This document shows positions 1 through 9,269 of a DNA stretch of 64,000 bases, one piece after another; position 1 is the stretch's first letter, and every line of letters starts with the position of its first letter. The stretch is taken from assembly GCA_028716845.1 (NCBI GenBank), contig JAQUPF010000001.1, positions 216,167-280,166 of the forward strand, given 5' to 3'. Both the position numbers and the translations under genes were made by a program. The notes beneath the pieces are model-generated. The model saw only the letters and a list, made by a program, of their open reading frames with translations, did no database searches and was not told the origin of the DNA. Source of the DNA: a bacterium. GTDB taxonomy: Bacteria > Auribacterota > Tritonobacteria > UBA1439.

Positions 1-1086
1 GTCGAAGAGGACGACGGCGTAGGGGGCCCCGTACCGGGCGAACCGCCTGTATTGGGCGTCGAGCTCCATGTCCGCGAACCGCCTGTTCCGCACGCCGGTG
101 AGCGCGTCGGTCACCGAGAGCCGCGCGAGCTCGCGCCGGGCCTGGACGATCTGCTGGTAGAGGATCGAGAAGAGGTAGATGCCCGTGCAGGAGAGGAAGC
201 CGATGATCGCGAGGAGGATGTCCTGCGCCCGCCGGTTGAAGCGGAGGCGGTCAAGGAGCGTCGAGGCGAGGCCCCAGGCCCGCGACTCCTCGAGCAGGTC
301 GATGTGGCGCTCGGCGCCGAAGCCGATGGCGACGGCCACGAGAATGGGCATGACGAGCGAGGCGATGAGGGCGACGGTGATCCGCTCGATCGAATCGCCG
401 GCGGCGGGGACGAGGTATTCGCGCGCCCCCTTCCACGCGGCGACCCGGCGGCCCGTCAAGCGGAGGACGGGGCCGACGATGACGATGAAGTAGAGGACGT
501 TGTTCAGGACCCACCCCTCCCAGAGGGGGAAGAACTCGCTCGCCTCGCCGCCGCCGCGGAGCGCCCAGAGGAATGCGGCCGACGAGGAGGCGGAGGCCCC
601 GAGGAGGACGCAGCCCGCGAAGACGCGCATGCTCCGGCCGTCGGAGAGGTCCGGCTCGATCCGGAAGGCCGACACGAGCGTGTGGATGACGAAGAGGCCG
701 ACGGGGTTGGCGAGCGCGAAGACGAGGGCGAGCGGGATCGACATGCCGGCGTCGTACGAGACGAGGAGGGTGCTCGCATAGGCGACCAGCACGCCCCACG
801 GGAGGCCGAGCCAGAAGGTGAGGATGCCGCTGATGATGATCGGGGGGTAGAAGGTGAAATAGATCGGCATCCCCCGCATCTCGAGGATCTTCACCGCGTC
901 GAGGCCGAGCCGCCGGGAGGCGACGCCGAGGAGGGAGGCGACGCAGACGGCGGCGAGCAGCGTCCAGCCCAGCACGCGCCGGTCGCGCGGAGGGACGCGC
1001 GGGGAGAAGAGGAGGCGGAGCGGGATGGGCCTGAGCCGGTCCGCCCAGGGCTCCTCCAAGACCGCCATCAGGTGCCGCGGCGTCAT
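1..1086 (-). CDS. Membrane-anchored diguanylate cyclase (GGDEF), C-terminus beyond window start
   Basis: Hand translation of minus strand from ATG at 1086: hydrophobic N-terminal segments, then RRELARLSVTDALTGVRNRRFADMELDAQYRRFARYGAPYAVVLFD at the window edge (typical start of a GGDEF domain). Absent from ORF track because no stop lies in the window. Confidence 0.6.
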   Translation of the reverse strand, partial: MTPRHLMAVLEEPWADRLRPIPLRLLFSPRVPPRDRRVLGWTLLAAVCVASLLGVASRRLGLDAVKILEMRGMPIYFTFYPPIIISGILTFWLGLPWGVLVAYASTLLVSYDAGMSIPLALVFALANPVGLFVIHTLVSAFRIEPDLSDGRSMRVFAGCVLLGASASSSAAFLWALRGGGEASEFFPLWEGWVLNNVLYFIVIVGPVLRLTGRRVAAWKGAREYLVPAAGDSIERITVALIASLVMPILVAVAIGFGAERHIDLLEESRAWGLASTLLDRLRFNRRAQDILLAIIGFLSCTGIYLFSILYQQIVQARRELARLSVTDALTGVRNRRFADMELDAQYRRFARYGAPYAVVLFD

Positions 1087-1223
1087 CTGCCTCTTTCCTT
1101 TGAATATAGTTTACACGATATATACCGCCGCTTCAAATCGGGCGCCCCGGAAACGGGTGAAAATCCGCAACGCGGGGCGCGCGTTAATTGTTATGATGAT
1201 TGCTCAAACATCGGGGGCCGGCG

Positions 1224-1763
1224 ATGGGGATCAACCTCGGGCGGCTCGTCCGCGGGGACAAGGCGGCGTGGGACGCGTTCGTCGAGCGCTTCTCGCCGGT
1301 CATCTACGCGGGGGTCAGCCGGACGCTCTTTGCCCGCTCCTCGCGCGCGACGGAGGAGGACGTGCGCGACCTCGCGCAGTCGGTCTTCATCCGCCTCCTG
1401 AAGGACGACTGCCGGCTGCTGCGGCGGTACGACCCGTCGAGGGCCTCGCTCGTGACGTGGCTCACCATCGTCTCGCGGAGCGCCGCCCTCGACTTCCTCC
1501 GCAGGAAGACCCTCTCCACGGTCCCGCTCGACGGCGAGGCGCTCCAGGTCAGCGACGGGAAGGCGGCCCGGCCGGTCCTCCCGCTCTCGATACCGGAGGG
1601 ACTCCTCTCGCCGCGCCAGGCCCTCGTCCTGCACCTCCTCTTCGATCGGGACATGGCGGTCGAGGAGGCCGCGGGGCTCCTGGGCGTGGAACCGCAGACC
1701 GTCCGGAGCATCAACCACAAGGCGCTCACGAAGCTCCGCGCCTTTTTCAGGGAGCCGACGTGA
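1224..1763 (+). CDS. ECF-type RNA polymerase sigma factor (sigma-70 regions 2 and 4)
   Basis: Track ORF 1200..1763; ATG at 1224 gives MGINLGRLVRGDKAAWDAFVERFSPVIYAG... with C-terminal helix-turn-helix (QTVRSINHKALTKLR); size about 180 aa. Confidence 0.8.
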   Translation: MGINLGRLVRGDKAAWDAFVERFSPVIYAGVSRTLFARSSRATEEDVRDLAQSVFIRLLKDDCRLLRRYDPSRASLVTWLTIVSRSAALDFLRRKTLSTVPLDGEALQVSDGKAARPVLPLSIPEGLLSPRQALVLHLLFDRDMAVEEAAGLLGVEPQTVRSINHKALTKLRAFFREPT

Positions 1764-1821
1764 CCGGTTTTTCCCGGGGATGCGGCGTCCCCCCGGCGCG
1801 TATAACGGAATGGAGGATCGC

Positions 1822-2328
1822 ATGATGTCGCCCGACCGTTCAGACGACAGGCGCCTGTGGGAGCGCGCCCGCGAAGCGGGTGCGCCGCCGGGAGGGTCCC
1901 CGTGCCCGGAGGCGATGGACCTCGCCGCCTGGGCGGACGGCCGGGCGGGCCGGGCGCTCGAGGAGGCCGTCGACGCCCACCTCGCCCGCTGCCCCGCCTG
2001 CCTGGAATCCCTCCGCGAGGTCCGGGCGCTCGCCCGGGAGGGCACGGCGGCGGCGCCGGCGGCGGTCAGGGCGAGGGCGAAGGCGCTCGTCCCGGAGCCG
2101 GCCGGAACCGTCTCCCCGTTCCGGATCCTGCTGGAGCGCCTCTCGGCGCGGACGGCGGCCGGGTGGGCTGCGGCGGCCGTGCTCGTCGCGACCGCCTGCG
2201 CGGCCGGGTACCGCATGGGGCAGGGTCCAGCCTCCCCGTCGCCGCCCGCCGTCTCGGCCTATTTCGCGCCGGCATTCGGCCTGAACGGCCCGGCGGCCGA
2301 CCCGCTCCTCATGGGAGGTGCGCTGTGA
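1822..2328 (+). CDS. Anti-sigma factor, zf-HC2 type with one transmembrane helix
   Basis: Track ORF 1780..2328; HLARCPACL (H-x3-C-x2-C) motif, hydrophobic segment WAAAAVLVATACAAGY; GGAGGA 5 nt upstream of ATG 1822; immediately downstream of the ECF sigma gene. Confidence 0.7.
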   Translation: MMSPDRSDDRRLWERAREAGAPPGGSPCPEAMDLAAWADGRAGRALEEAVDAHLARCPACLESLREVRALAREGTAAAPAAVRARAKALVPEPAGTVSPFRILLERLSARTAAGWAAAAVLVATACAAGYRMGQGPASPSPPAVSAYFAPAFGLNGPAADPLLMGGAL

Positions 2329-2777
2329 GCGCGCGTCTGAACAGGGTCATGGGCATCGCCCTCGCGGCGAGCGTCTGCTTCAACGCGTTCTTCGTCATCG
2401 GGTACTGGCGCGCGCGGACGACGATCGGTGAGCTCGCGACGGACGAGGGCCGCGTGCGGCTCATCGCGCGCCGGCTCGGCCTGTCGGAGGAGCAGGAGGA
2501 GCGGTTCCTCGCCCTCAGGAGGCGCTTCGAGGAGGAGCGGGCCCTGTACGACGCCGAGCACGCCGCCGAGGCCGACGCCTTCTGGGAGGAGATGAGCAGG
2601 GACGACCCCGACATGGAGCTGATCAGGGAGATGCTCGCCTACTCGGCGGAGATGCGCCGGGAACTGCGGGACCGGGGGACCGAGTACATGCGCGAGGCGT
2701 TCCACCTCCTCTCGAGGGAGCAGCGGCAGGCGCTCGCGAGGATGATCCGGGAGAGGAGTTACCTCAGGGGGCTGTGA
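2325..2777 (+). CDS. Periplasmic LTXXQ-motif (Spy/CpxP-like) stress protein
   Basis: C-terminal part of track ORF 1857..2777; GTG at 2325 overlaps the anti-sigma stop (GTGA); N-terminal hydrophobic anchor, then helical Glu/Arg-rich region with LSEEQEERFLALRRRFEEE. Confidence 0.5.
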   Translation: MSARLNRVMGIALAASVCFNAFFVIGYWRARTTIGELATDEGRVRLIARRLGLSEEQEERFLALRRRFEEERALYDAEHAAEADAFWEEMSRDDPDMELIREMLAYSAEMRRELRDRGTEYMREAFHLLSREQRQALARMIRERSYLRGL

Positions 2778-2825
2778 GCCGCGCCCGGCGGTGAAGCGCG
2801 CGGCCGGAAAGGGGGGAGGATCGGA

Positions 2826-3098
2826 ATGAGAAGGGCGATCGTGGCGGCGGGGCTGATTTCGGCGCTCGCGGCGGCGCCCGCCTTCTCATGGAGCGGGCGG
2901 GGGCACTGCCGGCCGGGGCCGCGGAGGCATTCCTACGGGCACTGGGAGCGGGGCGGGTGGCACCGCAGGCCGCGGCCGTACCGGTATGACAGGGCGTACT
3001 ACCGGTACCGGCGGCCGTATCCGGCGTACCCGGTGGTCTGGGCGCCGCGGCCGGTGTACGTCGTGCCCCAATACTACCCGCCGCCGGTCTGGTGGTAG
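2826..3098 (+). CDS. Small secreted Arg/Tyr/Pro-rich protein
   Basis: Track ORF; signal-peptide-like N-terminus (AAGLISALAAAPAFS), GGGAGGA RBS just upstream; product unknown. Confidence 0.4.
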   Translation: MRRAIVAAGLISALAAAPAFSWSGRGHCRPGPRRHSYGHWERGGWHRRPRPYRYDRAYYRYRRPYPAYPVVWAPRPVYVVPQYYPPPVWW

Positions 3099-3139
3099 AA
3101 ACGCCGGTCCCCGTTCCGTCGCGAGAGGCGCGCCTCCCC

Positions 3140-3601
3140 TCACCGCGTTCCGGCGCGCGTCCTGAAGTAGTCCGACAGGATGGCGCGGTGGTCGAAGGCG
3201 ATCTCGCTCGGCAGTTCGTCCTCGGCGAATATCCCCGCCTCCGCGGCGTCCGAGTCGGCCCGCGGCTCCCCCTCCCCCTCCGCCGTGTAGACGGCGGAGA
3301 CGGTGTGGACGCGGGGGTCGCGCGACGGGTCGGAATACACGCCGAGGAGGCCCGTGAGCGTCACCTCGATCCCCGTCTCCTCGAGGGCCTCGCGGACGGC
3401 GCAGTCCTCGGCCCGCTCGCCGTACTCGAGAAAGCCGCCGGGGATCGCCCAGCCGTGCGGCGGGTTCTTCCGCCGGACGAGGACGACCGCCTCGCGCCCC
3501 TCCTTCACCCGCCGGATGAGAATGTCCACGGTGGGGACCGGATGCTCCCGTGAGAGGAACTCCGTCCCGCACGACGGGCACCTGACGCGGCCTTTCATCA
3601 T
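3140..3601 (-). CDS. NUDIX hydrolase
   Basis: Track ORF; Nudix box GGFLEYGERAEDCAVREALEETGI; N-terminal CPSCG zinc-ribbon-like motif. Confidence 0.8.
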   Translation of the reverse strand: MMKGRVRCPSCGTEFLSREHPVPTVDILIRRVKEGREAVVLVRRKNPPHGWAIPGGFLEYGERAEDCAVREALEETGIEVTLTGLLGVYSDPSRDPRVHTVSAVYTAEGEGEPRADSDAAEAGIFAEDELPSEIAFDHRAILSDYFRTRAGTR

Positions 3602-3616
3602 CCCCTCCCGCGGCTC

Positions 3617-4945
3617 CTAGAACCGCATGATCCTCGCCCGCGGCGTCGGCGTCGGCGTCTCGGGCGTCGGCCCGGCGGGCGGCACCCCCCCCTCGTCCCC
3701 CCCGGCCGGTATCCGGGCGGCGGGGGCGGGGCCGAGGAGCCGGGACACCTCCGGCAGCGACCTTCCCTCCGGCCGGAGCGCGACGTACCGCTCGAACGCC
3801 TCGACCGCCTTCGGCCGATCCTTGAGGTAGTCGCCGTAGACGATCCCCATGTCGAGGTACGCCTCGGCGAAATCCGGCCTGATCTCGACCGCCCGCCGGT
3901 ACTCCTCGACGGCCCGCTCGTACTCGGCCCGCAGGGCGTAGATGGTGCCGAGGTTGTTGCGGAGCGCGGCGTCCTCCGGGAAGAGCGAGACCCCCCGCTC
4001 GCCCGCCGCGGCGGCGGCATCGAGCCGGCCCGAGCGCTGGAGGGCGACGGCGAGGGCGTTGAAGATGTCGGGGCCGACCGCGCCCGCCTCGGCCATCACC
4101 CCGTAGACGGCCGCGGCGGCGGCCGCGTCCCCCCGCTCCTCGTGGGCGCGGGCGAGGGCGAGTGCCGCCGCGGCGCACCGCTCCCGCGTCCCCTCGCTCC
4201 ACCCGGCCCTGATCGCGTCCGCCGCCTCCTCGAGCATGCCGCGCCCGATCCGGTACTCGGCGAGGGCGCAGTGCTCGTCGGGGGTGGCCCCGCCGGAGGC
4301 CGCGAGCGCCGCGAGCTGCCCGGCCGCCCGCTCCCCCTCCCCCGCCCGCGCGAAGAGGTCCATGGCGATCCGCCGCAGGGAGGCGTCGCCGCTCCGGGCG
4401 TCGGCGGCGCGGGCCGCGTAGGCGGCCGCCTTCGCGATGTCGCCCGCGGCGTAAAAGTGCCGCGCGAGCTCCTCCTGGAGGCCGGCGTTCTCCGGCTGGA
4501 GCGCCGCGGCCGCCTCGTATTCCCGCAGCGCCTCCCGGCCGAGGCCCATCTTCCGGTAGAGGGCGCCGAGCCGCTCGTGGAGCGCGCCGCTCGCGGGCAG
4601 GTGCGCCATCGCGTCCTGGTAGTGCGCCGCCGCCTCCTGGAGCTCCCCGCCGGAGAGGGCGACGTCGCCGAGCGAGAGGTGGGCGGAGGCCCGGTAGAGG
4701 CTCCAGTACTTCTCCCGGAGCTCCTCGTCGGGGAGGCAGTCGCCGTAGATATAGCCCAGGTTGAAGAGGGCGGTGCCGTTCATCGGGTCCAGCTCGAGGA
4801 CCTCCTTGAACAGGCGCGCCGCCTCCTCGCACCGCTGCTCCTGGAGGAGCGCCCTCCCCGCCGAGAGGCGCGCGGCGACCAACTCCTGTTCCCCGCCCTC
4901 TGCGAGAACGGCGAGGGCGACGATCAGCGCGACGGACGGCGTCAC
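3617..4945 (-). CDS. Secreted tetratricopeptide-repeat protein with Thr/Pro-rich C-terminal tail
   Basis: Track ORF; GTG start preceded by GGGGAGGAG; signal peptide, then multiple TPR-like units (AEAYLDMGIVYGD..., NNLGTIYALRAEYERAVEEYRRA...). Confidence 0.8.
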   Translation of the reverse strand: MTPSVALIVALAVLAEGGEQELVAARLSAGRALLQEQRCEEAARLFKEVLELDPMNGTALFNLGYIYGDCLPDEELREKYWSLYRASAHLSLGDVALSGGELQEAAAHYQDAMAHLPASGALHERLGALYRKMGLGREALREYEAAAALQPENAGLQEELARHFYAAGDIAKAAAYAARAADARSGDASLRRIAMDLFARAGEGERAAGQLAALAASGGATPDEHCALAEYRIGRGMLEEAADAIRAGWSEGTRERCAAAALALARAHEERGDAAAAAAVYGVMAEAGAVGPDIFNALAVALQRSGRLDAAAAAGERGVSLFPEDAALRNNLGTIYALRAEYERAVEEYRRAVEIRPDFAEAYLDMGIVYGDYLKDRPKAVEAFERYVALRPEGRSLPEVSRLLGPAPAARIPAGGDEGGVPPAGPTPETPTPTPRARIMRF

Positions 4946-5055
4946 CGTTTCTCCTCCCCTTGCCGACGCATGTTCAAGGGTACCACACGGCGGCGGCGGG
5001 TTGAAGCCGTACCGGGACGGCCCTTCCCGGACAAGGTCCCTCTCCCGCCGGCGGC

Positions 5056-5604
5056 ATGTGGCTGACGCCCGGAGGGCGAGGCGGCGATGCCTTCATCCCG
5101 AACCTCCTCTACGACACCTGGGGCTCGTGGGCGATCGGCCAGTACAACGACGCGCTCCAGAACCCCGCGAAGCTCTCCGGCTACGACCTCCTCATCACGA
5201 GCAACTGGGTCGATTTCTACGACCCGAACACGCAGCGTGCGAGGGCCGACCTGATGGCCGACGACGTCCACCCGAACGCGGACGGCTACGGCATCATGGC
5301 GGAGAACTGGTTCGAGGCGGTCTGCTCGTTCCCGTCGATGCGGGACACCGACGAGGACGGCATCTCGGACGCGGAGGAGACCGCGTGCGGCATGGACCCG
5401 GAGAGCGCCGACACGGACGGCGACGGCGTCGGGGACTACGTCGAGTACTCCTGCGCCGGGAGCGCCGCCGCGCAGGACCCGAATGCGACGCCGGCGGCGA
5501 TACGGGTGAACCTGCAGCCGCCCCTCACTGCTTCACTCTCCGGCCACGCCCCCGACCGCGGCCGCCCCTTCAACGCTCCCAAGGGCCTCGGCTGGATCGA
5601 ATAA
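5056..5604 (+). pseudogene. Probable N-terminally truncated SGNH/GDSL hydrolase remnant fused to thrombospondin-type-3-like Ca-binding repeats
   Basis: Track ORF; DDVHPNADGYGIMAENWF resembles SGNH block V (D-x-x-H), but no upstream block I (GDS) can exist because only about 110 nt separate it from the divergent TPR gene; DTDEDGISDAEE and DTDGDGVGDYVE acidic repeats. Confidence 0.4.
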
Positions 5605-5605
5605 T

Positions 5606-5622
5606 TGGGGTCGGACCACGAT
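5606..5622. repeat. 17-bp motif TGGGGTCGGACCACGAT, copy 1
   Basis: Exact match to the reverse complement of 16182..16198; lies in an AT-rich gap between convergent gene ends. Confidence 0.6.
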
Positions 5623-5741
5623 ATCTTGTTGCTTCTCAATAAATTACGCAGCTATTCAGCAGAAAAATAGGCCTTAGACGCGATTTTTCGCGCCGAAAAC
5701 CGCCCGTAAGCCCGCCTGTCGCTCGCACCGCCACGGGAAAG

Positions 5742-6683
5742 TTATAATTGTAAAGGGTTGACCCCGGGGGCCTTCCTGCTCCAGACCTCGGCGAGGACCG
5801 AGGCGGTGATCACGCACCAGGTCGCGAACAGGGCGCTCGGCAGCGCGGCTTCCGCCGAGAAGTGCTTGAGCGCGAGGACCGCCCCCAGGCCCGCGTTCTG
5901 CATCCCCACCTCCAGCGCGAGCGTGCGGCGCCGCTTCAGGTCGAAGCGGTAGAGCGCCCCCGCCGCGTAGCCGAGCAGGAGGCCGAGGGAGTTGTGGAGG
6001 ATGACCGCGGCGAAGATGAGCGCGCTCACGCGGGCGAGGTGGTCCCTGTTCAGGGCGACGACGAGGCCGCAGATGAAGGCGATGAAAAGCGCCGAGAGGG
6101 CCGGGAAGACCGCGGCGAACCCCCGTATCCGCTCGCGGAGGATCCCCTTGATCGCGAAGCCGGCGAGGAGCGGGACGATCACCATCTTGACGATGCTGAG
6201 GACCATCGGCCAAAACGGGATCTCAACGTAGGTCCGGCCGAAGACGGAGGTGCACAGCGGCGTGAGGACCGGCGCGAGGAGCGTCGAGACGCTCGTGAGG
6301 GCGATCGAGTACGCGACATCGGCCCGCGCGAGGTACGAGATCACGTTCGAGGCCATCGCGCCCGGCGCCGACCCGGTCAGGATGACGCCGAGGGCGAGGT
6401 CCGGCGGGAGGCGCAGCCCCCGCGCGACGAGGAACCCCGCCGCCGGCATGATGGCGAACTGGGCGAGCGTCCCCATGAGGACCGTGTGGGGCATCCTCGC
6501 CACGGGGGCGAAATCCGATGCGCGGAGGACCATGCCGATGCCGAGCATGGTGAGGGCGAACAGCCACTCGGTGTGGGGACGGAAGCCGGCGAGGAGGCCC
6601 GGCCGGAGGTACCCCGCGACGACCGCGAGGACCACCCAGAGGACGAGGAGCCGCGTGAACCGTCCGCACCACCTGTTGAACAT
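5742..6683 (-). CDS. Bile acid:sodium symporter (BASS) family transporter
   Basis: Track ORF, 313 aa polytopic membrane protein; EVGMQNAGLGAVLA motif typical of the BASS/ACR3-type fold. Confidence 0.7.
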   Translation of the reverse strand: MFNRWCGRFTRLLVLWVVLAVVAGYLRPGLLAGFRPHTEWLFALTMLGIGMVLRASDFAPVARMPHTVLMGTLAQFAIMPAAGFLVARGLRLPPDLALGVILTGSAPGAMASNVISYLARADVAYSIALTSVSTLLAPVLTPLCTSVFGRTYVEIPFWPMVLSIVKMVIVPLLAGFAIKGILRERIRGFAAVFPALSALFIAFICGLVVALNRDHLARVSALIFAAVILHNSLGLLLGYAAGALYRFDLKRRRTLALEVGMQNAGLGAVLALKHFSAEAALPSALFATWCVITASVLAEVWSRKAPGVNPLQL

Positions 6684-6778
6684 GGTTTCTCCCGAGGACC
6701 GCCGCCCGCGTCACGCCCCGAAACAAATGATTCCAAGGGGGTGACCGCGCGATGCGCGCCCGACCGGCGGCATGAACG

Positions 6779-8299
6779 TCATCGCAGGCGGTAGAGGGCG
6801 TACGTGTGGCGGATCTCCGGGGATTCGTACAGGGCGATGCGCTCATGCCCGGCCAGGAAATCCGAGACCACGGCGTCGTATTCCCCGCCGATATCGGTGA
6901 ACGCGACGTAGCGGAGCCCCTCCCTTTCCCTGAGCCGGCGCATCCTGTCCACGGCCGCCCTCCCCGCGGCGCCGTCTTTCCCCAGCCTCCCCTTCCACCA
7001 GCCGTAGCGGCGGGAGTAGTAGAGCACCTCCGGCCCCCAGCAGTCCGTGAAGAGCAGCTCTCCCTCGGGCACGCTCCTTCCGACCGTCCCCAGGAAATGC
7101 CACAGGTGCCAGTTCACGGGGTAGAAGCGCGCGAGCACCTCCCCGGCGGCGGCGCGGAGGGAGAGGCCGACGACGAGGGCGATCACCGCCCCCCTGCAGA
7201 GCGCGGATCCGCGGAAACGCGGGATCAGTGAGACGCAGGCGTCGAGGCCGCGGGCGAACATGAGGGCGAGCGGCGGGACGAAGGCGAGGAAGTAGTACTC
7301 GTGGAGGACGACGAAGAACGGGTACGAGTCCACCGCCGCGTAGAGAAACGCGGCGGCGAGCCACGCGAGGAACAGGCGGGCCCCCGATCCCTTTTCGCGC
7401 ATGAGGCAGGCGACGCCGGCCGCCGCGAAGAGCACGCCGAGGGGCGACAGCGAACAGCGGCCGAGGAAGACGGCGAGCGCCCCGAAGAACCGCCGGTCGA
7501 CCCACTGCACGTAATAGGCCGGCGACGACCAGTTCCTGAACGTGGCCACGCCGGGCGCGAATGTCTTCGGCAACTGGCCCGCGTTGAGCACGTGCATGTG
7601 GTAGAGGAACCATGCGGCGACCGCGACCGCCACGATGCCGCCGAGCGCCCAGAGCCGCGGCGCCAGGAACCCCCTGGGGCCCCGCCTCCCCGTAAGGTAG
7701 ACGGCCATCGGGATCACCAGGTACGCGTTCGGCGGATTGACCGCGAGGGCGAGCGCGCCGGCCGCCGCGGCCCACGCCATGCTCCGGCGGTCGCCCCTGT
7801 CGACGAACTCGGTGAACCAGTACAGCATCCCGACGGCGAGGAACATCGAGAAGCCCCCCTGCCGCATGAAGCACCGGCTGTAGAAGACGAAGAGCGGGCA
7901 GAGCGAGAAGAGGAGCGCCGAGAGGAGGCTCAGGCGGGCGGGGAAGAACTTCCTCGACAGTTGGAAAAAGAGGATGACCGCCCACAGGGCGAAGAGGATG
8001 CCCACGATCCTCCCCCATATCTCATTCACCCCCGTGAGGTGATAGAAGAGGGCGACGATGTAGGAGTAGAGGGGGAATTCCGGCAGGTTGGTCGTGCCCC
8101 CCCTCCCTGAGACGGTCTTCGGCAGGAGGAGGGAGTTCCGCTCCACGTAGTAGAGCCAGGACTGCATCGCCGTGAGGGTCTGGCGGTATGAATGGTTGTC
8201 AAGGAGCGGGGCGCGGAGGTGGTAGAGCCGTGGCAGGAGGCCGGCGACGAGGACGCCGCAGAGGAGCCACTTCTCGACCGAGCGGGGGACCGTCACCAC
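6779..8299 (-). CDS. GT-C superfamily membrane glycosyltransferase (ArnT/PMT-like), paralog 1
   Basis: Track ORF 506 aa; many TM segments, size and topology like ArnT/protein-mannosyltransferase-type enzymes; first 37 aa identical to paralog at 13107..14636. Confidence 0.7.
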   Translation of the reverse strand: MVTVPRSVEKWLLCGVLVAGLLPRLYHLRAPLLDNHSYRQTLTAMQSWLYYVERNSLLLPKTVSGRGGTTNLPEFPLYSYIVALFYHLTGVNEIWGRIVGILFALWAVILFFQLSRKFFPARLSLLSALLFSLCPLFVFYSRCFMRQGGFSMFLAVGMLYWFTEFVDRGDRRSMAWAAAAGALALAVNPPNAYLVIPMAVYLTGRRGPRGFLAPRLWALGGIVAVAVAAWFLYHMHVLNAGQLPKTFAPGVATFRNWSSPAYYVQWVDRRFFGALAVFLGRCSLSPLGVLFAAAGVACLMREKGSGARLFLAWLAAAFLYAAVDSYPFFVVLHEYYFLAFVPPLALMFARGLDACVSLIPRFRGSALCRGAVIALVVGLSLRAAAGEVLARFYPVNWHLWHFLGTVGRSVPEGELLFTDCWGPEVLYYSRRYGWWKGRLGKDGAAGRAAVDRMRRLREREGLRYVAFTDIGGEYDAVVSDFLAGHERIALYESPEIRHTYALYRLR

Positions 8300-8333
8300 G
8301 ATTCCTTCCTGCGGAGATTGTCCCGCGGGACCG

Positions 8334-9269
8334 CTATGAGAACAGGCCTATCCTCTCCTCGACGATATACGGGGGCCTGTTCTTCCCCTGGATGAACATC
8401 CGCCCGAGGTACTCGCCGATGATCCCCATGCAGAAGAGCTGGACGCCGCCGAGCAGCGTGATGAGGGCGGCGAGCGTCGCCCACCCCAGCACGGGCACCC
8501 CGCTGGTGACCTTCTGCACCATCACGACGGCGAAGTAGAGGATGCTCAGGGCCGCGACGACGAGGCCGGCGACCGAAATGAGCTTCAGGGGCTTCACGGA
8601 GAAGGAGAGGAGGGAGTCGAGGGCGAAGCCGAGCTGGCGCGCGAACGGGTATTTCGTGGTCCCGCGCCCCCTCCTGCCGGAGGCGACCGGGACCCTGGAG
8701 GTCGGGAAGTTGATGAGCCCAATGATGAACGTGATGCTGGGGTCGCGCTCGGAGAAACGGAGCAGCTCGTCGATCGTCCGCCTGCTGATGATCCTGAAGA
8801 GACTGGTCGTGAATTCGATCCTGTGGTCCGAGAGCGCGGCGATGAGCCGGACGAACGCGCGGGAGCACAGATTACGGAACCAGGTCTCGTTCTTCCGCTC
8901 CTTGACGCCGTAGACGACGTCGTACCCCTTCCGCATCTCGGCGTGGAGGGCGGCTATGTCCTCGGGGCGGTCCTGGAGGTCCCCGTCCATGATCACCGCG
9001 GCCCGGCCCGCCGCCTCCCGGAGCCCCGCCAGTATCGCGGCGTGATGCCCGAACCGGTTGGAGAGCTTGAGCGCCTTGAACCGCCGGTCCCGCGCGACGA
9101 GCTCACGGAGGCGGGGCACGGTCTCGTCGCTGTTGATGTCGGTGACGAAGATCACCTCCCATTCGCCCGCGAGACCCTCCAGGGCGCGGGTGAGCCGCGC
9201 GGAGAGCTCGGGGATGTTCTCCGCCTCGTCCCGGACCGGGATCACCACCGAGAGCTCCGCCATGGTCAT
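8334..9269 (-). CDS. Polyprenyl-phosphate sugar glycosyltransferase, GT2 family (ArnC/DPM1-like)
   Basis: C-terminal 311 aa of track ORF 8334..9860; start MTMAELSVVIPVRDEAENI; DGDLQD motif; two C-terminal TM helices; ATGA overlap with upstream acetyltransferase stop. Confidence 0.8.
   Translation of the reverse strand: MTMAELSVVIPVRDEAENIPELSARLTRALEGLAGEWEVIFVTDINSDETVPRLRELVARDRRFKALKLSNRFGHHAAILAGLREAAGRAAVIMDGDLQDRPEDIAALHAEMRKGYDVVYGVKERKNETWFRNLCSRAFVRLIAALSDHRIEFTTSLFRIISRRTIDELLRFSERDPSITFIIGLINFPTSRVPVASGRRGRGTTKYPFARQLGFALDSLLSFSVKPLKLISVAGLVVAALSILYFAVVMVQKVTSGVPVLGWATLAALITLLGGVQLFCMGIIGEYLGRMFIQGKNRPPYIVEERIGLFS

Noticed and set aside
52-1401. 449-aa plus-strand ORF (and 251..799 minus) at the left edge
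   Set aside because: Arg/Glu/Asp/Gly-rich low-complexity translation with no motif; the opposite strand in another frame encodes a coherent membrane GGDEF protein.
2886-4832. 648-aa minus-strand ORF overlapping the NUDIX and TPR genes
   Set aside because: Pro/Arg/Gly-rich frame artefact; the TPR and NUDIX frames have clear motifs and RBSs.
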